Source: Squalus acanthias
Taxonomy: Eukaryota
Direction: 5' to 3'
Length of the DNA stretch: 64,000 bases
NCBI GenBank assembly: GCA_030390025.1
Contig: CM059448.1
Span: forward strand, 4,588,001-4,652,000
Below are positions 20,875-33,817 of this stretch, in pieces. The notes below the pieces were generated by a model. It saw nothing but the letters and a program-made list of their open reading frames with translations. It was not told where the DNA came from and did no database searches. Every line of letters begins with the position of its first letter. The stretch's first letter is position 1. The position numbers and the translations under genes are program-made.

Positions 20875-23029
20875 TTTCAAATAAAGCTGTTGGACTATAA
20901 CCTGGTGTTGAGACTTCTCACTTTAATCTAAACAGATCAACTATTTTTTCCACTCTATTGCTGTTTAGGGGACTTGTGCACAAATTGGCTGCCACATTTG
21001 CCCACAAACCAATGACAACAGTATTCCCTGTTTCGATGAAACTGCCATCCTACTACAGTCTTAGCTGCTGCGGATAGGGCAGGCCCCTTTAAGGAGAGAA
21101 GGGGTGTTGGAAGACAGTACATGGTAGAAACAGGACTTTTTAATCAGTTTGGGAGCATTTTAAAAAAATGAAGCAACCAGCCTGCAACCTTTGATCCTCT
21201 TACTATAATCAGCCCAGGGCTCCAAGACCCAGGTATCAGTGAAGAGCTTGGCAGCTCAGCCTTCACATCGCAGTGTTTTGATTTTAAAAAATCACTTGCT
21301 ACTGAAATATTAAATAGTGTGGGTTTCTTTTTTGACCAGATTAATGTTTATTATCCCAATAGTCTTTCATTATCAATGCAAATAAAAACAGATCAAAGGT
21401 GAATCGCCACCACAGAGCATTGACTGATCAAAAAAGTTTAGCTTCAAGGACCAGCAACTGAGCACTCAAACCTGCATCACCTCAGTCATCAACCCTGCAT
21501 CTTTTCACCTCATTACTGAAAGGAAGCTAATTTCTACATTCCAATTTTTAAATCACCTTGCTACCCTCCTAAATCGATAACAGAGCTTCTTACCATCTAA
21601 AAAGTTTGCAGGTAAGTAAGGTGGGCTTCCTGCAGTATTGCTGGCAGTCTCCAGGCTGGATGGAGTGTACAGTAGCAGGAACTGGGAGCTTGTTGGTTGA
21701 AGTTCAGAGCAATATTCAGGCAAAGGATAGGAGCTGGAGCATTCAGAGCAGACTGTGTGGGTAAGAGCAAGGTAGCACATGCAGGAAAGGAGCTGAGAGA
21801 AAGAGTTGGAGACCAGAAAACCTGCCATAAAGTTCTTGCTCGGTCCCACTGTCATAACTACAGATTTTAAATATCAAAATCAATGGAAGAGCTCCAAAAA
21901 AAACTGCAAAAAAAGTAAAATCACCAGTTACAACCAGGAGAAAGTGGCAAGAATAGAGCAAATGTTTATATTTGGACTGTTAAAAGCAGCATGGGTCCCA
22001 ATGGTTAGATCTGTATACAGGAAGTGAAGGCAGAGAATGTAAATATTGGCTAGAACACCAGGGAGAACTCCCCTGCTCTCTTCCAGTGCCATGGAATCTT
22101 ATGTGCACCCGAGGGGGCAGATGAAGCTTCAGTTTAACATCTAATCTGAAAAATTAATCCCCTTGGAGCCCTGGTAACTCTGCACTGCACTCCTTCCAAG
22201 GCCAATATATCCTAAGGTGCAGTATCCAGAACTGTACACTACTCCAGACATGGTCTAACCAGGGCTTTGTACAGCTATAGCAAAACTGCCTCCTTTATAT
22301 TCTAGCCCTCTAGTTAAAGGCCAATATCCCATTACCCTTTGATTCATTTTGTACCTGACTACTACATTTGAGATATATGTACATGGACCCCTAAATCTCT
22401 GAACCGCCACTGTGCCGAGCGGAGTTCCACAGCTAAAAGCCTGGTACAACTCAACACGTGCGCTCAGGGGATAAATACTGGACGGAAGGCACCCACAGAA
22501 CTGTAGCGCAGCCAGAGCAGGTACCTTCAAGTCAAACAACTGGAAAGTGAGCGATTTGTATCCCAGTGAGGGAATTGTTAAATACATCAGGTCAGAATGT
22601 GTCCTCCATCTACATTAGATGTTGGGTATTTTCTCATGGAGATGCAGGTTTGACCCTAGGAGAAAGCACTTTCAATTTTAGGTATAGACAGTACATGCAA
22701 GCCAGCTTATACATCCTTAAACTATGTTGCTTTTTTTAAAAAAGGAATCACGAGGAATAATTAAACGGAGCAGATAAAGGGTACTAGGTTAGAGCTACTG
22801 AATCCAACAAGAGAGCTTAGACCCACTACTGAAATATTCTCAGGTTCGTGAACACATCTTAATTCAGTTTATTACGAGAACTTTGTAAGCTTCTAACTGG
22901 AGTTCCTTTTTTTTTTAAAGCCCCCCTGCCATTTGTCAGGAAAAGGACAGTTGTGACCCCCAGTTGAAAGAATTAAAGATGAACTAGAATGGGCACAAAG
23001 AAAACACACCCACACACAAATCAGCAGAG

Positions 23030-23910
23030 ATCCATAGTCCTGTTACTTTATTTCCAATCAGCTTTCAAATTGCACAAAAAACTGACAGGATAGTTTAATT
23101 CTTTATTCTGTACACTCAGACAGTGACCTAACACACCACAATATCCAGCAAACGCAAGACCTTAGCACAGGGTTGGAAACAGACTGGGTTCAGGGAGTTT
23201 GTCAAAACAATGGTCCCACATCAGCACTGTATATTAGCACAAAAAAAGGCCATCCTTAACCATGAGGGAGTGAATGGTGTAGTAGAAACTTTAAAAACCT
23301 CTACATGGTTTTAAACTGAGCCTGCATAGATCGGGAAGAGTCCAAGTTTTAAGTGAACTTTTTGTACGTCTTGAAAAAAATGAAACTTTACAGAACTACT
23401 AAATTTCCAACTTTCAGATCATGGTGTTGGGTGCACTGTGATTAGTGTTTCCTTTTTTGCTCATCAACATCTTACAGGTAAGCAGCCAAGTCCTGTACTC
23501 AACTTCTATCATAACTTTTATGAATACAATGAGATTTACTGCTTTATTTTATTTTATTTTTTTATACAGCCCACAAGCTGCTCACAGACAGTTGGGAGAT
23601 ACTAAGTATTGTCTCACTACAGAGTGCAAATCAAATTCTTTACAACAGACTGTTTTGCAGGACATGTGCTCGCACCAAGAGCTTTAAATGCGACAACCAT
23701 TCCCCTTCAAAAAAGAAAATCACAATCTAATTAACGTGGAATGTGAGAGATGAGTTAGACAGCTGTGATCCAAACATTTAGAACTAGAAAACAAAACAAA
23801 GACTGAAGTCCTTCATGACATACAATATAAAGAGCTTTACTTTCTCTCCCGTTGCAAGGTGGAGGGAAACTGGCAGATGCTGAGCAGGTGGGTAACTGGG
23901 ATCTATTGCC
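23030..23910 (-). other. CLTC: CLTC 3' UTR (distal end approximate)
   Basis: Follows TAA at 23911; no TE seen; carries miRNA seed matches; ends at AATAAA plus a GU-rich element. Confidence 0.7.
23047..23052 (-). terminator. CLTC poly(A) signal AATAAA
   Basis: GU/U-rich tract TTTGTGTGTGGGTGTGTTTTCTTTG lies ~30 nt downstream; a second AATAAA at 23102-23107. Confidence 0.7.
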
Positions 23911-24032
23911 TTACATACTATACCCATATGTGCCAGGCTGAGCATATGGTTGGGCACCGTAACCGTAGCCATAAGCTGCCTGTGGAGGGACGCTTACACT
24001 GGGTCCTGCTGTCAACATCAGCTGTGACTGAC
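23911..24032 (-). CDS. CLTC: Clathrin heavy chain 1, last coding exon
   Basis: (G)[39 protein letters not shown]; the QLMLT Hsc70 motif and tail identify CHC17; CAG acceptor. Confidence 0.95.
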
Positions 24033-25219
24033 CTGCACAGAAAACAAAAGAAAAAGTTAGTGCACTGCCAGGTTATTTTGAGGGAACTATTTGCGAGGGT
24101 CTCAAGATGTGGACTGTTTGAAGCACAAGAACTTAAGAAACCACAAAAAGTCCATTCCTTCTGCAGAAGATCAGTCATTTAATTTTGTATAAATACCCTA
24201 ACGAAAAGGTAGCGAGCAAAACTTAGTTACGTTTCCGCTAACACTACTTGCCAAAAATTTCCCCCAGCTCCAGCTGGCAGACTACTTCACCCTGTGGAGA
24301 TTATAGCCATTTATAATTTAACCGTTAACTAGTTACAATATTTAGGCTCCTTCAACATGTTGGATCAACCAGTAGGTGGAAGTGCAATAGTTGAGAAAAA
24401 ATGTTCATATGATGCCCATTTGTACCATCAAACATCCAGCAGTTCATTGGACCAACCTTTCAAATTTGGCTTGCATAGGGAGCATTTTCACTTGTATACT
24501 AGGGTTAAGTACTGATGACAGGTGGTGGGAGCAATTAGATATGAATTAAGACCATTTGGCAACAGATCAGTGCCCTAAATATCAGCAACACTGTACTAAA
24601 ACTTTCCAGTGGATAAAGTACTTTGTGCTTTGGTGTGGGTGATTTGTGACATGCAAGAGACCCAGGAAGATGCAAAACAAGTCACTAGGATTTCAGTTTA
24701 AAAAAAAGTGTTATGGGAGCAAACAATTTAAGGTTTATCAATTTGAACTGAAAACCCAGAGTAGTTACAAGTTTTCCCCCCCCAGAGTCACTGCTATTAA
24801 ATCAATTTACTTGAAGTCATAGGTTTAAGTACAATGAGCTGAACCAGTCTAGTGATGGTCAGCCCTCTGCAGTGGGAGGGAAAAAGGGAAGTTGGTTATC
24901 TCCAGTGTCAGACTTTTGACCTGTGCTCACAGTCCAAGTCAGTTAGGCTACTTACACCTACACATGTCAGCATTTAAGACAAGGACCAGAGTCTTTGATC
25001 TCAGATCAGCAAGTTTCTGATCCAGTATCTTTATATGTTCATAAAGATCCAAACCTTGTGCTTGATCAAATTTGAAAGTTTTAGCATTGATATTTTAGCA
25101 CTATACTCAATTTACTGAAAAATCCCATTACATTTTTGTACTTTAATTGCTGCTTTGTAAAATGTTAAAAATTAAGAGTCCACAAAAATGTGAACTCTAC
25201 TGTAAAGAAATTTACAGAC

Positions 25220-25295
25220 CATAAACAATGGGTGTCGTCTCAGTGGCCTGCTCCTCCTCTTTCCTCAGTGATTCAGACACGTCCAACTTGTCCAC
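25220..25295 (-). CDS. CLTC: CLTC penultimate exon (76 nt)
   Basis: [25 protein letters not shown](G); AG/GT borders. Confidence 0.95.
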
Positions 25296-28200
25296 CTGAA
25301 AAACCCAAACAATTCCCAGTCACTTGTCTCCCAATGGCGAGATTTGCTTCTGCTGAACGTCAAAAGGAAAAGCCTTACAAATGCTTAAAATTGTTAGAGA
25401 TTTCCAAAACAGAGGACGAGTGACCATTCAATGGATTGCAGTGAGCAACGCAAACTACTAATTCAGTCGGTTTAGATGTCTAACGTATGGCAAAGCTGAT
25501 TAGTTTAGTTTACTGCTGAATTTCTGGAGTGAGGTTTCCTTTTGCCCAGAATGCTGCATTCTTCTCTACAATTACTGGGCAAGTGTTCTAACCATCAGAA
25601 GGAAAACCCTGGCACTTCATTAAGAGTGAACTGCAGCACCAACATGCAGGACTTAGGGGTGCATATTCAAAACCTCCACCTCTAAAGGCACCAGCAGCAG
25701 AAGGAAGAGCCACTCGAGGCCCATTTATGTCCAATTGCTTGATTCACTGATTTTGTGTGGGGGTTGTGTAGAGGATGGCAGGAGGGGGAGGAGACGAGGA
25801 TGGCGGAGGGGAAGGAGACGAGGAGAGAAAAACATGTTCCTGCAACTTTAATACTTGTATTTGATGGTTAAGTTTCCAACTAACCAAGTAGTGAGTGGCT
25901 TCTGGATTGGGAATATGAGTCACATGCCAGAGATACAGCAAATCAGTGACTTTCATACACCAAGCACCTACTGCTTTCAATCAAGAAATGACAGCCAGGA
26001 TACACAAGCCTCATGTTTCTGCCTTGGTCAATACCAAGAGGGCCAGCCAGAGTTAAAATGGTTTTTAAAGTTTGTTGCAAATAAAGTGGGGAACAAGCCA
26101 GCTTCTCTGTAGTCTGAAGACAAGTGCATATCCAGTTGCATTCACAGGAAAATGTATCCATAAGGTCTACACATTTCCCATGGTTTATAGTGGCATTATT
26201 TTTTCCCCCCCAGTGCAGGGTGGATAAGGTAAATAGGAGCTGGAGCTTTTAGTTTACACTTAGCTAGCCAATACAAGTCCCTCCTCAAAACAATGCCTAG
26301 TAAGGCACCAATAGTTCCCATTTTGCCATATTACACATCCCCAGCAATCTCTAAAGGGACATGAATAAAAATCTCAATACCACTGTGTAAACACATTCAG
26401 TTGTAGGGTCCAGGTTAAACAACTGCATGCAACAAGGATGCCCTGTATGAAATCCAAAGGACTGGAGTAAAAATGAATTTTATATTCCCAAAAGGAGAAA
26501 TTGAACTACAGAAAGAGCTCAATTGTAGTTTTAATTTTCCTGCACTACAGATAAGAAAAACCCCTTTTGAAGTTTGCTTTGTGCTTTCCCCCAGATGTAG
26601 CAACTGGATAGACTCAAGTTACTATGTTTGGACAACAAAGCTGATCATTCTTTCTTCAAACTTCTAATTAAGCTTTATGAAGGCTCAAGTTCACATTTCT
26701 TCTTCCCCCTCCTTGCTGGGGCATAGTTCTACTACCCTCTGGTAGTCATTCAGATGACCATTCTTCACATAAAAGCCTAACAGCAAGTGTGGTCATTACA
26801 GCAAAGCCCCATTCTGAAATCCATGCTTGCTTCCAACAGGGCTCACTGAACAGCCATCAGGAGCAAATGACCTGGCTGACTGCCTCCAGGGAGGGCAAAG
26901 ACTAATAGTGCACCTCGGGACAGCAGCCAACTCAAGACCGGGGGGAGGGGGGGGGGGGGGTTTAAACCTGGTACTTGACTCAGCTACTCGAGGCCTTAAC
27001 CAGCTGAGCCTTAAAACAAGAGCTGTTAATCCTTAAAAGGCTCAAAGTAGTGTGTTAAAATGAAGCTCATTATATAAAAAAAAACAAGATTCCAAATGTA
27101 CCTACGCAAAGGCTTAAGCTGTTAGTAAAAGGAGAGCTTAGATCACCAACACAGGATATAGAAATGCTGACGATTAACTGTTGCATGCAATATTTGCACC
27201 TTGGCCTTCATCCATTGAATGGTCTCCCACCCCCATGCTTGTTAATATTAAGATATTACTGTATTAGTCAGAGGTATGCAGAGAAATCAAGATGCAGATC
27301 CAGAACAAGCTGTAATTAAATGAAGCTAGTGGCATGGGGCAAAACTGTGGGTTTTAAGCAGCAACCAGTTTGTGAACAAACTAACAGGGACTTGTATAAA
27401 GGCAGTTTGCTCATCCTGCCTGCAGTGGGCCCATCAACTGGAGCAATCTACTCTAGTCTCCTTTCCCTGCAGTTTCATATTCTTCCCTTTCCAAACTTAT
27501 CCCATTCCTTTTTGAAAAATAGTCCACCACACTAGCCACCTGTGAAAAGCACTAATAAGAGTCGGTCACCTCGTCAGAATGGAAATAAGCCCATGTACCC
27601 TCAAAACCTTCAAACTTATTCTCAACCAACCAGCCGCTACACTGGAGCCATTTTAAAAGCTGACCATTCTCACTTTTCGGAGGGACTGTAAATACCATTA
27701 GTTGAAAAAGCCAAAGCAAATTTGTATGAAAATTATGTTCTTGTAGCACAAGAAATGAATTTGGTGTTTGGGACAGTTAAAGCACTAACCCCTTAAACAT
27801 TCTCGCCAGAGTATTTGAAAATTCCACGGTGTCTCGGCCATTTAATGTAGTTACCAAGACCAAAACAGGATTTAAACATTTATGAACCAGTTTAATCACC
27901 GAATCCTAGAGAACAGAATACAACAGGTGAAGAATATCTGCATTGAGAATGCATAGACCAAACTCTGAGTTTCTATTTGGGATGGATCTTCAGGGATGGC
28001 AGAGAATCCAAATCAAATGCAACTCCAGATTAAATGAAGGAATCAAGTTTACTCAAATGGGGGAAACTTAAACATAACAGGTAGCAGTGGTCTTGAAGTT
28101 CCACTGCCAGGTTAAGTAGAGATTTATACACAAGCTGAATGCTAGTGTTGTCCTGGAAATGGTGCTTTTGGACACTCATTTGGTGTGCTGATGAAAACCC

Positions 28201-30691
28201 TGAAACTGACCCCACCATTACTGTCACTTTAAATTAGAATGGACATAGCACTGGTGCCTTACTAATGCATGTGATGGATCCACAATTCATTAGAATCAGG
28301 CATAAATTGAGACTTCAGCAAAATATACTTGCACACCTCCACCAGTGCAGTATTCTACACTGAAAATATTGACCATCTTGGAGGGATGGTCTCACTCATT
28401 TAATTGCAAGAATCTTTGTCAATTAAACAAGCTATAAAGTGGGTTTACACAAAACCAAAGTTGCTTTTCAGTGGGAGGCTGTCCTCAACTAACAGCCCAT
28501 CAGGAACAGACAGCAGGAGAAGGGAAACGCGGGGTCAGACATTCTAATTAAGAGGCAGCCGTCCACCATATAAGGCAGTTTAGTCTTAACATTACTGCAA
28601 AGCAAGCCCTGGATTACAGCTTTCTAAGCAAATATACTTCAAGACAACCCAACTCTGTTTCGAAGACAAAGATTATAGTATAAATGTCTGGTTTAAAGCC
28701 ACATCTGAATAGATTAAGATGGAATCCTCAGCCTGCATTGTCTGATATCCAAAAATTCTATTTTGGAAACATGGCACTAAAATGTAGTCTGTCCTTGCTC
28801 ACCTGTTTCCACAGTTGGTAACTGCATTAGTTTAAATGAAATTAAGCAGATGTAGTTAAAGGCCTTTACCTTTCAAGATAATGGGGCACAGGGAAAACGC
28901 GATGTAAAGAATTAAAAAGTGCGTGTACATTTGTGAGCATCAAGTGTCCCTTGATATTCCGCTCCCCCCACATCTCCACTGCTCAACACAATACCAAGTG
29001 CCTTCTGCAAACACACTAGTACCAATGCTGCTCTCCAGTTAGTGACTAAATGCATGACCATTTCCCCTCCTAGTGTGGCAAGGAAGCCTAATCTTTACTT
29101 GACAACTCCCCAGTGAGGCCAGTATTACCGTGAGCACAATAATCAAAGAGGAGGAATGCACCATACAGCAGAAAGGAGCTGCTAGTTATTCAGCTATTAC
29201 ACCAGAAACATTACTCCACCTAAATATCATCCACACACGCCTAATCATTTAGGACATATCTGGACTATTCACCCCCCTCACTGAATTTAAAGATTTTAAT
29301 TGTACACTGCCGTGCCACTAAAAGAATTCAGTAACTTAGCTGCAAGAGTGACCAAAATGTAACATCCACCCTAAAAATTAAACTGGAGGATGATGCCTAT
29401 CCACCTTGCCCAAAGGATACATATATTTTGTACATGTCTGACAGCCACAACTAGACCAGAGGAAGCATTAAGCATAACTAAGCAGCAAATCTCATTATGG
29501 GACAGATGCAAGTGTTGCATAAAATTAAAGCGTGTTTTAAACTGATCTGCATGAAACTAAACTCAATTTTTTACATACCCCTTGTTAATAGCAGTTAGTA
29601 GAGAATACAGAACAGAAACTGCAGCACAAAGGCTTTTCCACAAACTGCAGCCAGCACACTGCAGTTTTGAGCGAGAAAAACATGCCGATTATGTTTTATT
29701 TTAGCATTTGTGTGCATGAAAAAGAGGCAAAAGTACTGAAGCAAAAAAATGGGCCCGAGAGATGGTTCTGCCAAACAGGCTCTTCAAAAGTACACACGCA
29801 GCCAAACAGCGATGCTTCATGGCCTCAAACGTGACCCCCTTGCAAATGGAGTTGCACATGCTCAAGTTTTAAACAAACACACCGCAGTTCAGTTACCCGT
29901 TTTTCACACACACTCAAGTGGCTGGGAGGGGGCTACTGAATGGCTGTACCCACAACACACACTGCTGCCCACTTGCCCTAAAGTCCCTGTGGAAATATTT
30001 TCACCCCATGGAGCCGCTTTGCTGTGGCACAAATAAAAAAAATCTTGGATTTAATAAATCCCAGTTGATTTCTGGCTCATTAAATGGGGAAAACATTCAC
30101 TTGTTGGACACTAAACCTGAATTTGAAGAGCATCCTCGGAGATGAGGGGCTCTTCCCTGCCCTTAAACCACTTGGCCAAAGCCAGAGTTTGAAGCTTCAA
30201 TGGGGCACCACAGGGACTAACTTGAGAAACAGTGCGTGGGACAGGTCCCATCACGAAACCCCTCAAACTGCCTCGTGTCCGTCAGAATGTATTAACAGAA
30301 CTAGTTCATAAGCTGGTTCACAATCCTCTGGAAGAGGCAAGACGGTTTGCATCTTACATCACAATCTTCAATATACTCACATCAGTAGTGTAATACCACA
30401 GTGGAAAGTTTTCAAAATTAAAAAGTGAAAACAAGTCCAGTTTTAAATTCTGAAAGGCAGGGATTGTGAACCAGTCACCATATGGCCACCTGCCAATTCC
30501 TGCCAGTGACTTATAGGTCACTGCGAAGGTCCTCACTAAACACTTCAACTGCTCTAACTCTGCTCGGAAGGAGTTGCAGTGGATCTAGTGGAATTAAAAA
30601 GCAGCAGTGTAAGATGGGGAGGAAACAATTCATGCAGATTTCCTGAGGTTCAGTCTCCAGAACTAAAGATGGAAAATGAGTCAACTTTCAC

Positions 30692-30712
30692 CTTTTTCTT
30701 TATTTCATCAAC
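30692..30712 (-). CDS. CLTC: CLTC 21-nt alternative microexon (exon 31 homologue)
   Basis: CCTTGCAG|GTT GAT GAA ATA AAG AAA AAG|GTGAAA = VDEIKKK, phase 0/0, at the position of the mammalian 7-aa exon 31. Confidence 0.85.
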
Positions 30713-33595
30713 CTGCAAGGGAATTCAGAGGGTAGCAGCTTAGAATCCAAACTCCATGTCCAGCACAATAAAGCAGGTAGAAAACAGCAAAACAAGGAGC
30801 AAAAAGTCAAGGAAGGAAAACCCAGAATGGGGAGGGGCAGTGGAAGGGAAGGGAAGAGAACAGTAAATAGCATTTTAGTGTACTACAAAATGTCAGGAAG
30901 GACACCAAATATACAGATGAATGCTGGCAGAATAAAATTGAGACAAGTAACTCAGCAAAAATGGGGACTGATTATGGTTTACTTTAGCTTACTCTAATCT
31001 AAAAATCAGACTCTGCTATTTAACAACTGTGCAGCACAGCTGCCAAGTCTTCAGTATCCCATACAGCTGTTGTAACTTGGGTCAGATTCGAAAAACCAAG
31101 AATCAGGAGTCGGCCATACAGCCCCTCGAGCTTGCTCTGCCATTCAATAAGATCATGGCTGATCTGTATTGACTACCTCTAAATTTCCACATTTAAAGTC
31201 TCCATTTCCCAAACCAACCAACTTCTCCAGATACATATGCCAAGTCACATGAATGGACTGTGGGAAAACTGACCATTAAATACTTTCAAGCTATGTGTGT
31301 GATTAAAAAAGGACAAAGCAAGCTAGGAAGTCTTTACTTCACTGAAGAAAGCAAGCCTTGCTCAGCCCAAGGCCCAGTGTCCTATATGGGGAAACATACC
31401 AAGTGGTGTAGTCCCATGGCAATTAGAGCCATTACTTGCAAGGGTAACTTATAAACTGCCCAACTCTTCGCTATGTGGAATTTAAGTTTACACTCCTCCA
31501 GACTGGCTGCAGCAAGTTGAGCTGGATTCCAAACCTAAATTTTATTATGCCATTCATCTGCAAGCAAAAAAAAGGTAGCCTGCAACAGGTACAGAAAAAA
31601 CAATTAAATCTCAAAATAAGACACTGCAAGCATATTAAAGGATTGTAATTCTACACAGGAAAGTGTGGCCCAGGAATGCAAGGTTGTTAGATAAGGCATT
31701 ACAGTGTAAACAAAGTAGTGCGGCAGGTGTGGATAAAGGAACCGGATAAAGGAAGTCTGTTGGCCACCTCAGTTTCTTGCTGTCACAATCTCAGCATCAG
31801 ACACGATTCAACTTGAGAAAGAACTTTGTTACTCAGACCAAGTTTTGTTAGTACAGTACAGCACAATCTAGATGGATAATGTCTTCAAACACATGCCCAT
31901 GGTTGGGAACATTTACGGTACTGTCTAAACAGTTAGCAATTCTGAAACTTCAAGTCAAAAGCTGTGAGGCAACCCACTTTAAACTATCTCCCATTCCATA
32001 CACTAATCGAAAGCTATGAGAAGTTAGTCCTCTTGCTTAATTGTAAAGTTGAAAGTTTACAGTAAGGTCACTACCAGAACCCTCAAACTAGAGCATAATT
32101 ATGTCATATCCATGGTTTAAAAAACCCTACTAATGCAGACCAAGAGCCAAGTCATTAGTTAAGCTAGTCAAACTTAGCTCAACATTACCAAGTAAAATGA
32201 TCTCCCTTAATAGCAGGGAGTGCAACACCAGCACACTTCGTTGAAGTACCAAGTAGAACAGAAAAAAAAACCAGGACCATAATTCTCAAATGGGGGCCCT
32301 GGCAGCATTTTCCAAAAAGTTGTTCAGTTTAGTTCTGTAGGCAGACATTAATTCAACTGCTAACCAGTAACTTTGGTGGAGACCCATTTGCTTTTTAAAG
32401 AAAAAAAAAGCTACTACAGGTGGATGCCAGAAGTACAAGTCACTGGAGCCCTGGCCAAATGGCATCGCATTGCTCATTAACAGCAGAATACTCACTGGGA
32501 CAGGCCTCATGTTAACAGTTAGCACAAAGTTTAATAAAAATCAAGATGGTCCATCTGCAATCTTGTAGTAATTGGGATACAGTGTGTGGACCAACAAGTT
32601 TTTTTTAAATATAAAAAAGTCTGCACAGCACTGCACTCCCAAAGAGGTTTAAATTAGGAGACAAATGAAGTCACTGGAGATTAAAGTTGGATTTTTTCCA
32701 GCCTTTCTAAAAGCCTTTTTCGGTAGCCAGATTACACTTAATTTATGTTAGTGTTTAAATACTTCTCAACATTTAAGTGAAATTAAAGGGCTTTTATAGT
32801 ACCCTTGATTAACCCTCAAGCATTAGAGACAGGGTTAGGGACCCAGCTGTTCTATTAGGCTCTCAGCAGTTGAGTAAACTCACTGCAACCCACAGTTGGC
32901 AGATTGGCCTGGTCACATTTGTAATGCAGCCAGGTCAATGTCTGGGCTGTCAAAACAGATGCTGGTTTCTTGCCAAGAGCTTTTCTAAACTTCTCACCTA
33001 GAGTGGACTGTGGGAGCTAGGAGGAAACAGACAAGATTTAGAAGCTTAAAGGAGTGGGGAAGAACAGGATTAGATAGGAAAAAAGTTATTTGAACATGTA
33101 GAATACAAGAAAGGAGAGAATAGGGAACGAGTGCCAGAACTAGTGTTTTAATCCGGGGTTAATCACATTATTCTGGATGATTCATTACAGGCTCAGTAGA
33201 CGAGCTGAAGGCAATAATCCAGTAATGCTCAGCAGGAATTTTACTAGGCCTGCTAGTCTTGCGTTAACAGTAGATCTTGCAACCATTAGGTTGAAGCACT
33301 CGTTTAGCTCAAACAGCAAACTCAGGTCAGTTTAAAGTTACTTCTGAATCAGTCAAAATACACACTGCCTTCTTAAACTACCAGTTAAGCGCTGTGCGCC
33401 AGTGTACTGTGCACTTCAAAAAGATGCTGAATCCCCACAGTAAAACCTCAAACTAGAAGCTATTGATAACTTTGCAGTATCCATGTAGCTCATACAAGCA
33501 TCTTTGGAGATTAGAATCTCCAACTCTCAAGCTGCAACATTCCTTGCAGCTACAGAGAGCTCCTTTACGCTCACTCCAGTACCCTGGTCACATAC

Positions 33596-33817
33596 CTTTG
33601 AGAGATACTCCCTCATCACCTGGATGAAGTATGGCATTGAGAAATCCATGATATTGTGCCGCCAAGAGAGCTCGAGCACAACGTCTGGCCTCAGCAGGTC
33701 ATAACAAGTGAACAGACAGGAAGCAAAGCACTCGTTCTTCCCATCTTCAAGGAACCACTGCAGCAGTTCCTCTGCCAGCTCGGTGTCCTTGGACTCAGAC
33801 GCATACTGCATAGCATC
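33596..33817 (-). CDS. CLTC: CLTC exon (~30, human numbering; 222 nt)
   Basis: [22 protein letters not shown]...MREYLSK; AG/GT. Confidence 0.96.

Larger units (their letters stand above)
19937..20922. mobile_element. ~1-kb non-coding Penelope-derived foldback (hairpin) element with hammerhead ribozymes, inserted in a degenerate SINE
   Basis: Inverted arms ~19977-20451 / 20459-20919, 7-nt loop, 40-nt unpaired tail, 12-bp TSD TTAATCTAAACA at 19925-19936 and 20923-20934. Confidence 0.88.

Noticed and set aside
19977-20919. The hairpin as a DNA-transposon MITE/Foldback element or a miRNA precursor
   Set aside because: Termini are asymmetric (one-sided tail), the arms contain Penelope-type hammerhead pLTRs, and the stem is far longer than a pre-miRNA.
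28795-28875. Donor-like sites (CAG|GTGAGC, AAG|GTAAAG) in the intron after the microexon, suggesting an extra or poison exon
   Set aside because: No convincing paired acceptor or recognisable peptide; such motifs occur by chance.
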